64,000 nucleotides of DNA from Fidelibacterota bacterium (GCA_965212055.1 OZ243041.1:512001-576000), one strand, 5' to 3'. Counted from the first letter of the stretch, positions 51,966-63,135 are shown. The notes: generated by a model from the sequence alone, not told the origin. Numbers and translations are program-made.

Positions 51966-53272
51966 CTACAACTTCTTTAATTCTTCTTCAACTACCCAAA
52001 TACGATCTTGGCCCCATATGGATAAAATATTGTTATTGTTGTGGAACAATTTAAAGGTAGGCGCTCCCCAACAATTTACTTTATACATATCCAATCGATT
52101 CTTCTCAAACCCCGCTTCCCAATCGGTTGCATCTAAATGCTTAAATCCTTCATCAGCATCCAAATCCAAATCGGTTAATAATTGTCGTAAAAATACCTTT
52201 GACCCCACCTGGGTTCCTGTTGCAAAAATTGCTTCCATACACTTGTGTAAATACTCAAATCCTTTACCATGGGAATTCACATATGGAAATAATGAATAAA
52301 TTCTTCGTAAAGGATACCCAATTGGGGTTTGAATTTTTCCAAAGGGAATTTCTAGTTTTTCAGCAACACGTGCAGAATCCGAAAGAATATAAAATCCTTT
52401 TCTTCGTGATATATCCATTTGGCGCATCAACATTGGCATAATAGGTCGTACGACAATAGGAATTCCATAGGTTTCTCCTAACTTTTTCACACGATCAAAT
52501 GCCAAATAGGTATACGGACTATTTGCCGAAAAAAAGATTTCAAGTTTAACATCAGACAATTGGCGACTTGGATGAGAACTTAATACTGGATTGACACGCA
52601 ATGATGCGCCTTTCTTTACCCCTAATGCTTCTAAGCGTTCTAATAGAAAATTAATACGATCAATGCCCCAATAATTTTCCCCTCCATAGTGGAAAATTGC
52701 GCCTAAATAATGGCCACATTCATCGCGTTTTTCGTTGCCTTGTTTTAAGGTATCTTCTATCACTTTTTCAGAACACGTGTTTCCTGAAAATTGCCCTTTC
52801 CAGAATTTCAAACTTATGCTAGGAAGCTGTTCGATTAATTCCTCTTGATTTAAGCTACATAAATGGCTCAAAAAACGATCTTTTTCCTCTGCAGAAGGAA
52901 TATGTGTGTTTGAGAAATCAATGTCGTAATACGGAGCGATTTTTTGCACATCACTAAATACATATTTCCGATACATTTCAGGCTCTGGAAGTGCATCATA
53001 CCCTTCTTCTCCCAATAAATAAATTTCTAATTTAACGTCGTATGAAGCTTGTATTTGATGAAGAAATTGTGCCGCCAAAGTTGAATACGGATCATTGGAT
53101 TGGAAAAAAAACAAAAGCCTATGGGGTTCTATTCTTTGCTTTCGTCGTAGTTCAAATTCTTTTCTTTTTTTATCTCGTAGACTAAGATCGGCAAACCGTG
53201 TCATCAAAGAAGATCGGATTACCCTAAGAATGATTCAGAAGGAATGAGTTTTACTAAATCTTCCAGTCTCAT
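51966..53272 (-). CDS. Two-domain DsbA/HCCA-isomerase (kappa GST-like) protein; 1-nt frameshift at ~53230
   Basis: DPYS.L, YGGENYWGIDR, FFSANSPYTYL, WGAPTF, WGQDR; ATG 53272 is one base out of frame with the 53207 ORF. Confidence 0.8.
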
Positions 53273-53302
53273 ATGATTTGTTACTTTTTTAACTGGCCTT
53301 TT

Positions 53303-54360
53303 TTATTTCTTAATCTGACGGCTAATCCAACTATCTTTTCTTTTAAGATCTGTAGCCATCTGTCTTGCAGATTCAGCATAAAGGTATGCTATCTGAAAAT
53401 AACCACCTGACAAGTATGTCATATTAAAATCAAATGACCCAAATGATGTATCATCAAATTTGAAAGTTATATTAAAATTTTCAAGATTTTTTTCATCAAA
53501 AGGAAATCTATAGTCCTCTTTTTGGAAATAGCCCGCCGTTTGACGTCTATCATATGGATCATGTCTTGTTTTAAGGTTCTTTCTTCCAAGTTTATAAATA
53601 TCAGTAAAATCAAATTCAGGAAAATCATATGTTCCTGTTATAGTTGTTTCACCACATATATCGCTAATATTATAATAAGAACAAACATCTTCTGGTACTT
53701 TTCTCGTATGATCTCCCCTTTTTCCACTATTCATGTATGATCTTGTTCGATATGTTGCTGTAGCTTTAAAAGTATTAGGTCCCGTAATTGTGAAACCGGT
53801 TATAAATCTACCTATATCAAGGAATTTATCTACATCTTCTTCACTTAATCCTTTTTCAGCTACTGCCATATAACCACCATGATACTCTCTAAATTCTTCC
53901 CATGTTGTAGTCTTTGTTTCAATTTTTTTCATTGGAAGTGGTATGTACTGTTGATTTTCAAAATTTGTCTTTTTTACACCTTTTACAAGCGCAATCCATG
54001 AGTCGTGTGGACTTTGAGGTGGTCGGGATGGTGTCACAACTCTTGAGGTATAACTATATCCACTTTGAGAATAACTTACTCCTGCTTCTCCAGTCCTATA
54101 TTCATAATAATCTAAATCTCCTTTATATGGAGCATATCTATCTTCTGATGTAGTATATCGATAATCTTCTTTGCAAATTCTGTAAAATCTGTGGTCATTT
54201 GAAAGCTCTGGTTTGAGGACATCTTGCACATTTTGAGGCAATGCATCAAACTGTCTTTATACCAAAAAACACTTGTACTTACTTCAGTCTGACCAATTAA
54301 AAGAGAGAACGATAGTGATATCACAATTAACGCCTTATTATATAGAAAATTTCTAATCAT
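53303..54360 (-). CDS. Secreted hypothetical protein (frameshift at ~54255)
   Basis: Signal peptide MIRNFLYNKALIVISLSFSLLIGQ in one frame joins FDALPQNVQDVLKP in the next. Confidence 0.6.
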
Positions 54361-54370
54361 AAATATTTTA

Positions 54371-56162
54371 TTACCATTTAACATATGGAAACCCTAACTC
54401 CATCCATAGGTTGTCCTTGTTGCGTTCTATATAGATGATCCCCAATAACATCTTCATAATCACCTTTTTTTAAATCTTTTTTTATCTCTGAATATCTATC
54501 ATCGCTTATTCCTGCTGCTTTTCGATCATCGTTTTTTCTAAAAGATTCCCATCCAGAAGCATTATTCCCTTTCTTCCTATTCTCATTAAAAAAGGTTAGA
54601 AGTTTTGCGTGTAAATTTGTATCTGATATGTTTTGATGTATTCTGTTCACCAAAATATGCATTGACAAAATCTACTAGATACATTCTATTGTTATCATAT
54701 GGAAATCCTAACGACATCCATATTTGGTTGTCCTTGTTTTGTCCTATACAGATGGTTTTCAACTATATCATAGTAATTACGTTTTTTTAAATCTTTTTTT
54801 ATCTCTGAATATCTATCATCGCTTATTCCTGCTGCTTTTCGATCATCGTTTTTTCTAAAAGATTCCCATCCAGAAGCTTCGTCTTTCTTCTTGAATTATT
54901 CATGAAAAAAGCCTTAAGCTTGTCATGTAAATCTATCTGATATATTTTTATCATTCTGTTCACCAAGATATCGATAATGATGAATTGTACTAATTGATCT
55001 CTATAACTAAGACTAGTCACAACTAAGTTAGAGGAGATAACCCTCTTAGGTGCACTAGAAGTAGTATTATAGATAGGAACATTGTTCTTTGATTTTAGAT
55101 CCGCTAGAAGCAGTTGTCTTAGGTGCGGCAGAAACAGTTTTCGGAGGTGCAGGTGCCATTTGGTGTATTTTTAATCACATCATTAATATAGAAGCCATCC
55201 TTTTGTATATTTCTCAGCTTGACCAGCATATCCATCAGAATATTTATTGTCTAATGTCCAGAGAACTTCATTGAATGTCCCTAAATCTTTGTCCAACTTA
55301 AATACAATTTGAGGACCCTTGTATGTAGTGTCCCTTTTTTGAGAATTCTCCAATATTTAACCATTTTATACATATCAATAGCAGTAATATTTCAAAGTGT
55401 ATGTTCCACTTATGGTTGATACCCTTTTTTACTAACTATTATAGTCTTCTGTAAGATTATGAAATGCTAAAGCTTTTTTTGCATTTTCTTCTCCTGAAGG
55501 AGTGCTAAACTCATTGTAGCCGAAAAAGAATTATTTTCTTTTATGATAATATTACCTAATCTTTTCTATTTTAAAATCATGATTCTAAATCTTGTTTGTC
55601 ATATAAAGCATCATACAATTCTTTTGACTTTGTAAAATACCTAGTACGAAATCCACTATTTTCTTTCGAAACAAATGCTGTCACCGGAAATTCCGCAACT
55701 TGTCCATCTTTACACATTTTCTCAATGTTGTCATAATAGATTTACCACGATACACAGATGGATTATTGTATTTGGCTAAATTAGCATATCCCCCTATCCA
55801 TTCTATAAAATCATCCCAGTCAGCATTGGATTCAGACAGAGTTCTGCTTGGAATTTCTAATCCGATATTTTTTACCTTATCACATACTGTTTTAGTATAC
55901 CAACTATTTAATTCTCTTTCATTTGATGATAGACCTTGTGATCTCTAGTTTGCATCATAATCTGTACGATTTTCGCAATTTTCATTAGTAATATAATATG
56001 ATGATTCAAAATTGAGTCAGCATATGTTTTTACCATACTATCTTAACTCTGATTCTATTAAGTTGATTATAATTTTTTGTACTAGATAATATCACCATTC
56101 TTATCCTTGCAGAACACCGAAGAATACAAAAGATAGGATTAATGTAAGTATGATTCTCCCAT
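54371..56162 (-). pseudogene. Fragmented secreted protein: signal peptide, P/T/S/A-rich linker, two tandem ~106-aa C-terminal domains (pseudogene or sequencing error)
   Basis: Fragments RIILTLILSFVFFGVLQG; APAPPKTVSAAPKTTASS; twice GEQN..NISD..LH.KL..FF..ASGWESFRKNDDRKAAGISDDRYSEIKKDLKK..HLYRT.QGQP..WM.LGFPY; many indels. Confidence 0.6.
54465..54877. repeat. Identical 96-nt direct repeat (54465-54560 and 54782-54877) within a diverged ~317-nt tandem duplication
   Basis: Direct base-by-base comparison. Confidence 0.92.
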
Positions 56163-56216
56163 TAAAATGTACAAAAAAATATTCATTGAGAAAACCCCTT
56201 AAGAATTTCTACACAT

Positions 56217-56555
56217 TTATTTTTCTTCAACAACGATAAGTTTTGCTCTGGTTTTTCCTATATTTTTTACCCGATGAACAACAGGATCTTGTTGAGCAGA
56301 AGAACCTTCTTTAATCTCTGCAACATTCACTGTACCATCAGATGAGGTAATTTGCATAGTACCACCTTTAATCACATAATAGACCATACGATTATGACGA
56401 TGCATTTTATCGCTTTGACCCGGCTCAAAAATCACTTCTAAAACTTTAACATTCTCATTTTCAAAAACGACTTTATATACATCCGGAGATACTTTTTCAG
56501 GAGCCTGAGCAAAGGTTGCTCCAAATAGAAATATTATAGTTAATAATTTTCTCAT
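56217..56555 (-). CDS. Secreted cupin-domain protein
   Basis: Signal peptide; YKVVFENENVKVLE..PG....MHRH..YVIKGG..H.V.NIG. Confidence 0.85.
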   Translation of the reverse strand: MRKLLTIIFLFGATFAQAPEKVSPDVYKVVFENENVKVLEVIFEPGQSDKMHRHNRMVYYVIKGGTMQITSSDGTVNVAEIKEGSSAQQDPVVHRVKNIGKTRAKLIVVEEK

Positions 56556-56558
56556 TTG

Positions 56559-56632
56559 TGGGCGATACTGGATTTGAACCAGTGACCCCCTGGATGTCGA
56601 CCAGGTACTCTAACCAGCTGAGCTAATCGCCC
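56559..56632 (-). tRNA. tRNA-Val (GAC), CCA not encoded
   Basis: - strand GGGCGATTAGCTCAGCTGGTTAGAGTA-CCTGG-TCGACAT-CCAGG-GGGTCACTGGTTCAAATCCAGTATCGCCCA. Confidence 0.96.
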
Positions 56633-56710
56633 TTTGCAAATATAATTAAACGTGCAAAGAAATGCATGATTCTATTTTGAATCTTTTCGGGTAACAGGCT
56701 AAACAATTTT

Positions 56711-57076
56711 TCAATCATCAGAATGCCAATATGCTAACCCAATCAATAATGCTTGAAATGGTAATCTTCCCCAAGCTAATTCAGGAGAAATATCCATTGC
56801 AGCTCCATTGGTATATGCTAGATAAATATTTGCTGGAAATACAGCAATTAACAGTATAATAAGTCCCCAAGCTGCATAATACCTTGTTTTAGGAATTAAA
56901 AGCAAAATACCAAGCAATACTTCAAAAAATCCACTGATATAGATTGCTGCGAGCCCAAATGGTAGGAATGGTGGATAAATCTTTAAAAACCATTCTGGTT
57001 CAGTAAAATGTGTAATACCTGTAGCGATATAGAAAAAAGACATTAACCCAATGGTAAGAAGCTTAATTGTGTTCAT
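56711..57076 (-). CDS. DoxX-like membrane protein
   Basis: GITHF.EP..F..I.PP, SGFFE..LG, AVFPANIY, RLPFQ. Confidence 0.85.
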   Translation of the reverse strand: MNTIKLLTIGLMSFFYIATGITHFTEPEWFLKIYPPFLPFGLAAIYISGFFEVLLGILLLIPKTRYYAAWGLIILLIAVFPANIYLAYTNGAAMDISPELAWGRLPFQALLIGLAYWHSDD

Positions 57077-58803
57077 TAAACTGAAATTGATCCTTTTCTA
57101 AAATCTGTTTTTCCGATACGCATATTAATAAGGACGGGCGTTCCCGTTTTCGCATCAGACTTGGCTTGCAATAAGACATCACGTAATTGGGAAATTTCGG
57201 TTACCAAAAATCCTTTGCCTCCGTACCCTTCTGCTACCTGATGATAGTTGGTATCGTTTAGATTGGTTCCGATGTCGCTACCGAGCATTTCGACTTGTTC
57301 TCGAGCAATTTGTTGCCAAGAACTGTCATTTCCTACTATAGCAATCACGGGCAATTTATGACGAACAAAAGTATCAAATTCTGCTAAACTAAATGCACAG
57401 GCTCCATCCCCATAAATAATCCACACTTCTTTGTTTGGAAACGCACTTTTTGCTCCTAAGGCAAATCCACCGCCAACCCCTAATGTTCCAAAGGCTCCTG
57501 GATCCAACCAGCTCAATGGAGCTCGAGGACGTAAAACATAAGAAGCTGTTCCTACAAAATCACCCCCATCGGCAATAATAATACTATTTTCATCCAATAC
57601 ATCATTGATGGTAGTACATGCTTTGATAGGATTAACAAATTCTGTGTCCATTTCTGCTTGTGCTAAAATTTCATTCTCTCTTTTCTGTTCCATTTGTTGT
57701 AATTCTTCTAACCATGCTTGGCAATCCGGTGTATTAATAGTCTTGGCAATCTCATAAATACTTCTTGATGGATCTCCTTTAAGCTGTAGGTATGGTCTTC
57801 GATTTTTTGCAAGATCTTTTTTGCTCTTGTTTAAGGCAATAATCTTTGCATCAGAATTGATGGAAAATCCATACCCTAAACGAAAATCTAGTGGAACGCC
57901 TGCGGTAATCACAACATCTGCATTTTTTAAGGCATGTTTACGATTATGACGCAAGAAAAATGAATCTTCTTTCCCTAAACATCCTCGAGCCATTCCTGAT
58001 GTATAGGTTGGAATAGATAGCTTTTTTAAGCTTTGAATAAACCGATCTAAAAACTCTTTATTATGGATAATTTGATTTCCAAGCAATACGACTGGTCTTA
58101 CTGATTCATGAAGTGTAATCGCTGCTTTATCAATTGCAGATTGGCTTGCATTTTTAATGCTTTGCTTCCGAGGAATAATGAGAGATCTTCCTTTAGAAAA
58201 TACATTCTTCAGGTGGTGTTGTACATACCATTTAAACACTTTACCAACCAATGAATTTGAAGAAAGTTGTGACAAATACTGTTCTCGCATCATTTCCTCT
58301 GGGTAGAGTAAATCAATAGGAAGTTCAACAAATACAGGACCAGGCACATCAGAAACAGCACGATTAATAGCATTATGGAGTACCGGGACAATGTCTCGAC
58401 ATCTTTTTACAGAAACTGCGGATTTAACATGTGGTTTCATTAATGATAATTGATCGATATCTTGCAACGATCCTTTTCCTTTTAATAGGGTTGCAGCTGC
58501 TCCACCAATCAACAACAAAGGAGATTGGGCTAATTGTGCATTTTTGATTGCTGTCATTGTATTGGTCACTCCCGGACCCGCAGTCACAATTGCAACACCA
58601 ATAGTGTCCGTTATCCTTGAAGTGGCATCTGCAGCAAACACTGCCGAAGCTTCGTCTCTTACTTGAACAATATTGATTCCTTCAGATTCACATCCAACTA
58701 AGATAGGTGAAATGTGTCCTCCACAGAGGGTAAATACAGTTGAAATATTATTGTCTTTGAAAAAAGAACTTATAGAAAAACCGGCATGTGATTCAGATGC
58801 CAT
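57076..58803 (-). CDS. ThDP-dependent enzyme, acetolactate-synthase-like (ILVBL/2-hydroxyacyl-CoA lyase type)
   Basis: [50 protein letters not shown]...[11 protein letters not shown]. Confidence 0.85.
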   Translation of the reverse strand: MASESHAGFSISSFFKDNNISTVFTLCGGHISPILVGCESEGINIVQVRDEASAVFAADATSRITDTIGVAIVTAGPGVTNTMTAIKNAQLAQSPLLLIGGAAATLLKGKGSLQDIDQLSLMKPHVKSAVSVKRCRDIVPVLHNAINRAVSDVPGPVFVELPIDLLYPEEMMREQYLSQLSSNSLVGKVFKWYVQHHLKNVFSKGRSLIIPRKQSIKNASQSAIDKAAITLHESVRPVVLLGNQIIHNKEFLDRFIQSLKKLSIPTYTSGMARGCLGKEDSFFLRHNRKHALKNADVVITAGVPLDFRLGYGFSINSDAKIIALNKSKKDLAKNRRPYLQLKGDPSRSIYEIAKTINTPDCQAWLEELQQMEQKRENEILAQAEMDTEFVNPIKACTTINDVLDENSIIIADGGDFVGTASYVLRPRAPLSWLDPGAFGTLGVGGGFALGAKSAFPNKEVWIIYGDGACAFSLAEFDTFVRHKLPVIAIVGNDSSWQQIAREQVEMLGSDIGTNLNDTNYHQVAEGYGGKGFLVTEISQLRDVLLQAKSDAKTGTPVLINMRIGKTDFRKGSISV

Positions 58804-58809
58804 AGATCG

Positions 58810-60486
58810 CTAATTTTCCGTTAACGCAATTTGTTTTTCTTCAGGTGCAGTTAGTATAGAAGAATACAAGGCATCATCAAGAAGGATTTCTAATGATTTC
58901 TGTACTGTTTTATCATCCTGAAGTAAAAATTCATATCTTCCTTTGTCTCCATCATAATAGAAAGCAAATTCTCCTAATAACATTTTTCTAATGAAATCCT
59001 TCTCATCATCAAACATGGCAGTTTGTGATTTCTTGATCTGATTTTCAATGACATTAAATGCATTATTTAAGAATATATTTTTTGGTTCATCTTCTTTAAC
59101 CAGTTTTTCTTTTGCTTTTTCTAAATCGCCTTCACCATCTACGTATCCTGCAATATCGTTTTCTTTAATAAAATCAGCAAATTTGTTCATTAAAGTAATG
59201 TCATTGGCTACTGCATCTGAAGAATCATATTGATCGCTTGTTTGTTGTACGAAACGGAAAAATCCTCCATTGCGTAAGATCGAAACAGCTAATGGATACT
59301 GTTCTAAATTTTCAACTAAAATATCGGGAGCAATGCCTCCGCCTCCAAGTACTTTTCGTCCTGCTTTTGTGGTAAATAATGAATCTTCAACCGTTGCTTT
59401 ATCTTTAAGCAATTCTTTATCAATGTATTCTCTTTTTTGTAGGGTACGTCCACTTGGAATATAATATTTTGAATTGGTAATTTTTAACGCGGATTTATTG
59501 TTGATTGCAATCACAGATTGGACCAATCCTTTTCCAAATGATGGTGATCCGACAATTACTGCCCTATCATGATCTTGCAACACGCCAGCAACAATTTCAC
59601 TTGCAGATGCACTGCCTTCATTAATTAAGACTGTAATATCAATATCCTGAGGTAGCAATGCTCTATTTAATGATCTATATTTTTTTAATATCTTTCCACT
59701 ACGTCCCTTGGTTGAAACCATTTCTAAATCTTTTTGCAATATCAGATCTAATACATCCAATGATGAGGAGAGCAATCCTCCAGGATTATCTCTTAAGTCA
59801 ATAATAATATTTTCTGTTCCTTCGTTCATTAGGGATAGGAATGCATTGTTTACTTCTCTTGGGGTATTTTCTGAGAAATTGGTTATTCTGAGGTATCCGA
59901 CCGCTGGATCAACCATCCCATAGTATGGAATATCTTTGATGATAATAATATCACGATTAATGGTATAATCATGCATTTCTTCTGTAATCGGTTTTTTAAT
60001 GGTTAATACTACATCTGTGCCTTTTTCTCCTCGAATCTTACTGGTCGCATCTTTGAGTTCCATTCCATCGGTAGAAACTCCATCAATATGAGTAATTTTA
60101 TCTCCAGTAAAAATACCCGCACGGAATGCCGGAGAACCTTCAATTGGCCCTACTACTGTTAGCTGATCTTCATACATATAAATCTGCAACCCTACTCCAC
60201 TAAATTCACCTGTAGTTTTAATATTTAAATCTTCCAAATCTTTCTCTCCATAATATTCGGTATATGGATCAAAATTTTCTAACATCGAATTGATAATTGT
60301 TGATGTTAATTCTGGGATATCTAACTCATGGATATACTCAGTAACAAGATACTTATAAACGGTCATGATTTGCTGTTGAGATCGTGCAATGTCACGATAA
60401 ATATCAAGCTGTTGACTTCGCAATAATCCGAAGAAACAAACCGTAATTATTAAGGTTATAAAAGATAATTTTTTTAATTGCTTCAT
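58810..60486 (-). CDS. ctpA: C-terminal processing peptidase, S41 family (PDZ)
   Basis: DPY, GVGL, IIDLRDNPGGLL, SASASEIVAG, SFGKGLVQ, YYIPSGR, GGIAPD. Confidence 0.93.
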   Translation of the reverse strand: MKQLKKLSFITLIITVCFFGLLRSQQLDIYRDIARSQQQIMTVYKYLVTEYIHELDIPELTSTIINSMLENFDPYTEYYGEKDLEDLNIKTTGEFSGVGLQIYMYEDQLTVVGPIEGSPAFRAGIFTGDKITHIDGVSTDGMELKDATSKIRGEKGTDVVLTIKKPITEEMHDYTINRDIIIIKDIPYYGMVDPAVGYLRITNFSENTPREVNNAFLSLMNEGTENIIIDLRDNPGGLLSSSLDVLDLILQKDLEMVSTKGRSGKILKKYRSLNRALLPQDIDITVLINEGSASASEIVAGVLQDHDRAVIVGSPSFGKGLVQSVIAINNKSALKITNSKYYIPSGRTLQKREYIDKELLKDKATVEDSLFTTKAGRKVLGGGGIAPDILVENLEQYPLAVSILRNGGFFRFVQQTSDQYDSSDAVANDITLMNKFADFIKENDIAGYVDGEGDLEKAKEKLVKEDEPKNIFLNNAFNVIENQIKKSQTAMFDDEKDFIRKMLLGEFAFYYDGDKGRYEFLLQDDKTVQKSLEILLDDALYSSILTAPEEKQIALTEN

Positions 60487-61115
60487 GATATCAATTTTTC
60501 ACTTACAATAGACGAAATTTCATTATGAATTGCATCAATTGAGTTTTCCCCATTAATCAACATTACACGTTCTGGTTCTTTTGTGTGTAGGCTTGTATAA
60601 AAATCACGTACTCTTTGTTGGAATTCTTGTCCTTCTTTTTCAATCCTATCTCTAGAGACAGACATTCTTTTGTTTGCTTCCTCAACAGAAATATCAATAA
60701 AGAAAGTTAAATCAGGTTTCAGAGTATATGTTCCAAAATAATTAATTTCTTCGAGGGCAGTACTGTTTAATCCTCTGCCTCCCCCTTGATATGCAAGCGT
60801 AGAATCAGCATAACGATCTGCAATCATCCATCTTCCATTCAATAGATGGGGAAGAATAACTTTATCGGTTAATTGTGCTCTACTCGCAATCATTAATAAT
60901 GCTTCTGCACGATCAGACATTATTTCTTCTGAATGCAATAGGAGTTTACGAATTGATTCCGATATAGGATCGCCACCAGGTTCTCTTACAAAACTAATTG
61001 ATAATTCTTGTTTCTCCAGTAATTCTAGCAACATTTCTGCTTGCGTAGTTTTTCCACAACCATCAATACCTTCAAACGTGATAAATTTCCCTCTAGAAGT
61101 AGACTCTGTCATCAT
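60483..61115 (-). CDS. tmk: Thymidylate kinase
   Basis: FITFEGIDGCGKTTQ, REPGG, DRYADSTLAYQG, PDLT, DRIE. Confidence 0.96.
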   Translation of the reverse strand: MMTESTSRGKFITFEGIDGCGKTTQAEMLLELLEKQELSISFVREPGGDPISESIRKLLLHSEEIMSDRAEALLMIASRAQLTDKVILPHLLNGRWMIADRYADSTLAYQGGGRGLNSTALEEINYFGTYTLKPDLTFFIDISVEEANKRMSVSRDRIEKEGQEFQQRVRDFYTSLHTKEPERVMLINGENSIDAIHNEISSIVSEKLIS

Positions 61116-61785
61116 CTTTTCCAATAATAATTACTATTTCACCTTTTACTTTTTTTGACCCAAAAAACTCAATTACACTGCTAAAGTTTCCTCGTACAAT
61201 TTCTTCGTATAATTTTGTCAACTCTCTTGCAACGATAATTGGTCTTTCGCCTAATTCGTCATGCAATTCCCTCAACGTTTTTAGTAATCGATGAGGACTC
61301 TCAAATATAATTATAGTATTTTCTAAACTCTTTAAAAAAGAAATTTTCTTTTTTCTTCCTTTTTTCTGCGGGAGGAATCCTAAAAAAAAGAACGAATCAG
61401 ATGGGAGACCTGACGCGCTAAGAGCTGTTGTTACAGCAGAAGCTCCTGGAATAGGAATAATATCAATTGCTTCATCAATACATGCTCTGATTAATTTGTA
61501 TCCTGGATCACTAATAGTCGGAGTACCCGCATCAGAAATTAATCCAATATCCTTCCCTTCGTTTAATAACCTGATAATTTTAGGAATCTTCTGGGTGGTA
61601 TTGTGTTCATGATAACTATCTAAATTGGTCGTGATATCATAATGTTTCATTAATTGAATAGATTTACGTGTATCTTCGGCAAAAATATGATCAACTTCTT
61701 GTAAAGTATCGATAGCTCTGAATGTAAAATCCTTTAAATTGCCAATCGGAGTGGCAACGATATATAATCTACCTTTATTCGACAT
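61093..61785 (-). CDS. rsmI: 16S rRNA C1402 2'-O-methyltransferase
   Basis: LYIVATPIGNL, AEDTR, SDAGTPTISDPG, GFLP, FESPHR, RELTKLYEE, KGE. Confidence 0.96.
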   Translation of the reverse strand: MSNKGRLYIVATPIGNLKDFTFRAIDTLQEVDHIFAEDTRKSIQLMKHYDITTNLDSYHEHNTTQKIPKIIRLLNEGKDIGLISDAGTPTISDPGYKLIRACIDEAIDIIPIPGASAVTTALSASGLPSDSFFFLGFLPQKKGRKKKISFLKSLENTIIIFESPHRLLKTLRELHDELGERPIIVARELTKLYEEIVRGNFSSVIEFFGSKKVKGEIVIIIGKDDDRVYF

Positions 61786-63131
61786 TACCCTAACTTATCT
61801 AGAGCTTTCTTAAAACAATCTATCCCAAAATCAATATCTTCAGTTTTTACATTTAAATGAGGACGAAAACGGATAGATTGATGTCCAGATCCTAATAAAA
61901 TTGATCCTTCTTCTAAAAGCAATTCTGCCAACTTATCTCTTTTGTCTCCAGAAGGAAGATCAAATGCACAATACAATCCTCTTCCTCGCGCATTAGAAAC
62001 AAGATTGGGATATTGTTCCTGAAGTGCGTATAAACGATTTAACAAATAATTTCCAGTTTTTTCAGCTTTCTCTACTAGGTTCTCTTTCTCTATTAATTCT
62101 AAATAGATAGTAAGTCGCACCATATCAACCAAATTGCCACCCCATGTGGAATTTAATCGACTAGATTCTGCAAATACATGGTTCTCTACTTCTTCCACGC
62201 GATTGCTCACTGCAATACCGCATACCTGAGTTTTCTTACCAAATGCAATAATATCAGGCTTAGCAGATGAATCTTCTCCACAGCAACAATCGCTACATCC
62301 ATGTGCTGAAAAATGTTGATGTGCCCACATTCTTCCTGTAACTCCAATTCCTGTTTGTACTTCATCATAGATGAGCATAATATCATTTTCATTGGCAATA
62401 TTTCTCAATTCCTGGAAAAACTCACATCGAAAATGATTATCGCCTCCCTCTCCCTGAATTGGTTCAATAATAATAGAAGCAATATTGTCTGGATTGGAAG
62501 AAATAGCATCTTTTATTTCTGTGAAAGCCTGGTTCTCTAATGCAACCACTTGATCTAAATTTTTCTCTAGAGGAAATGTAATTTTTGGATTGGTAACTCT
62601 TGGCCAATCAAACTTAGGAAAATACATGGTTTTTCTTTTATCGGGAGAATCGGTTAATGACATTGTATATCCGGAACGACCATGAAAAGACTCTTTAAAA
62701 TGGATTACTTTCTCCCCTTTTGCGCTGCTTCCTTTAGCTAAATTTTTTCTACGCTTCCAATCAAAAGCAACCTTTAGCGCATTCTCTACAGCCAATGTTC
62801 CTCCTTCAATAAAAAACGTATGAGGTAAATAGCTAGGTTGGGCAACACGTTTAAATGTTTCCATAAATTCTGCTAGTTCTAAAGAATAGACATCTGAGTT
62901 GGTAGGTTTATTAATTGCAGCAACTTTTAAGCGCTCTGATTGCTCTAATACATAAGGATGGTTGTATCCAACAGATAATGAAGCAAACATTGAAAACAAA
63001 TCAAGATATTCTTTCCCTGTCACTTTATCTACTAACCAAGAACCGTGAGATTTTTCTAAATCAATGATTGGGGACATCCCGTCCGCTAAGATACTGCTAC
63101 CAATAACTTTTCTAATATCAGATGACTTCAT
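61785..63131 (-). CDS. lat: L-lysine 6-transaminase (class III PLP aminotransferase)
   Basis: ILADG, YLDLFSMFAS, NKPTNSD, AVENALKVAFDWK, FHGRSGYTMSLT, EPIQGEGGD, DEVQTG, FGKK, SSRLNSTWGG. Confidence 0.92.
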   Translation of the reverse strand: MKSSDIRKVIGSSILADGMSPIIDLEKSHGSWLVDKVTGKEYLDLFSMFASLSVGYNHPYVLEQSERLKVAAINKPTNSDVYSLELAEFMETFKRVAQPSYLPHTFFIEGGTLAVENALKVAFDWKRRKNLAKGSSAKGEKVIHFKESFHGRSGYTMSLTDSPDKRKTMYFPKFDWPRVTNPKITFPLEKNLDQVVALENQAFTEIKDAISSNPDNIASIIIEPIQGEGGDNHFRCEFFQELRNIANENDIMLIYDEVQTGIGVTGRMWAHQHFSAHGCSDCCCGEDSSAKPDIIAFGKKTQVCGIAVSNRVEEVENHVFAESSRLNSTWGGNLVDMVRLTIYLELIEKENLVEKAEKTGNYLLNRLYALQEQYPNLVSNARGRGLYCAFDLPSGDKRDKLAELLLEEGSILLGSGHQSIRFRPHLNVKTEDIDFGIDCFKKALDKLG

Positions 63132-63135
63132 TCAA

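Noticed and set aside
54371..55020. Diversity-generating retroelement TR/VR pair
   Set aside because: Mismatches include C/T, G/C and G/T changes and A in either copy, so they are not adenine-specific; no reverse transcriptase in the window.
27500..56162. Programmed frameshifting or an alternative genetic code explaining the split genes
   Set aside because: Breaks are indels without a shared slippery motif, and all three stop codons end intact genes normally; sequencing error is simpler.
53303..56632. Prophage or integrative element at tRNA-Val
   Set aside because: No integrase, phage genes or att duplication found.
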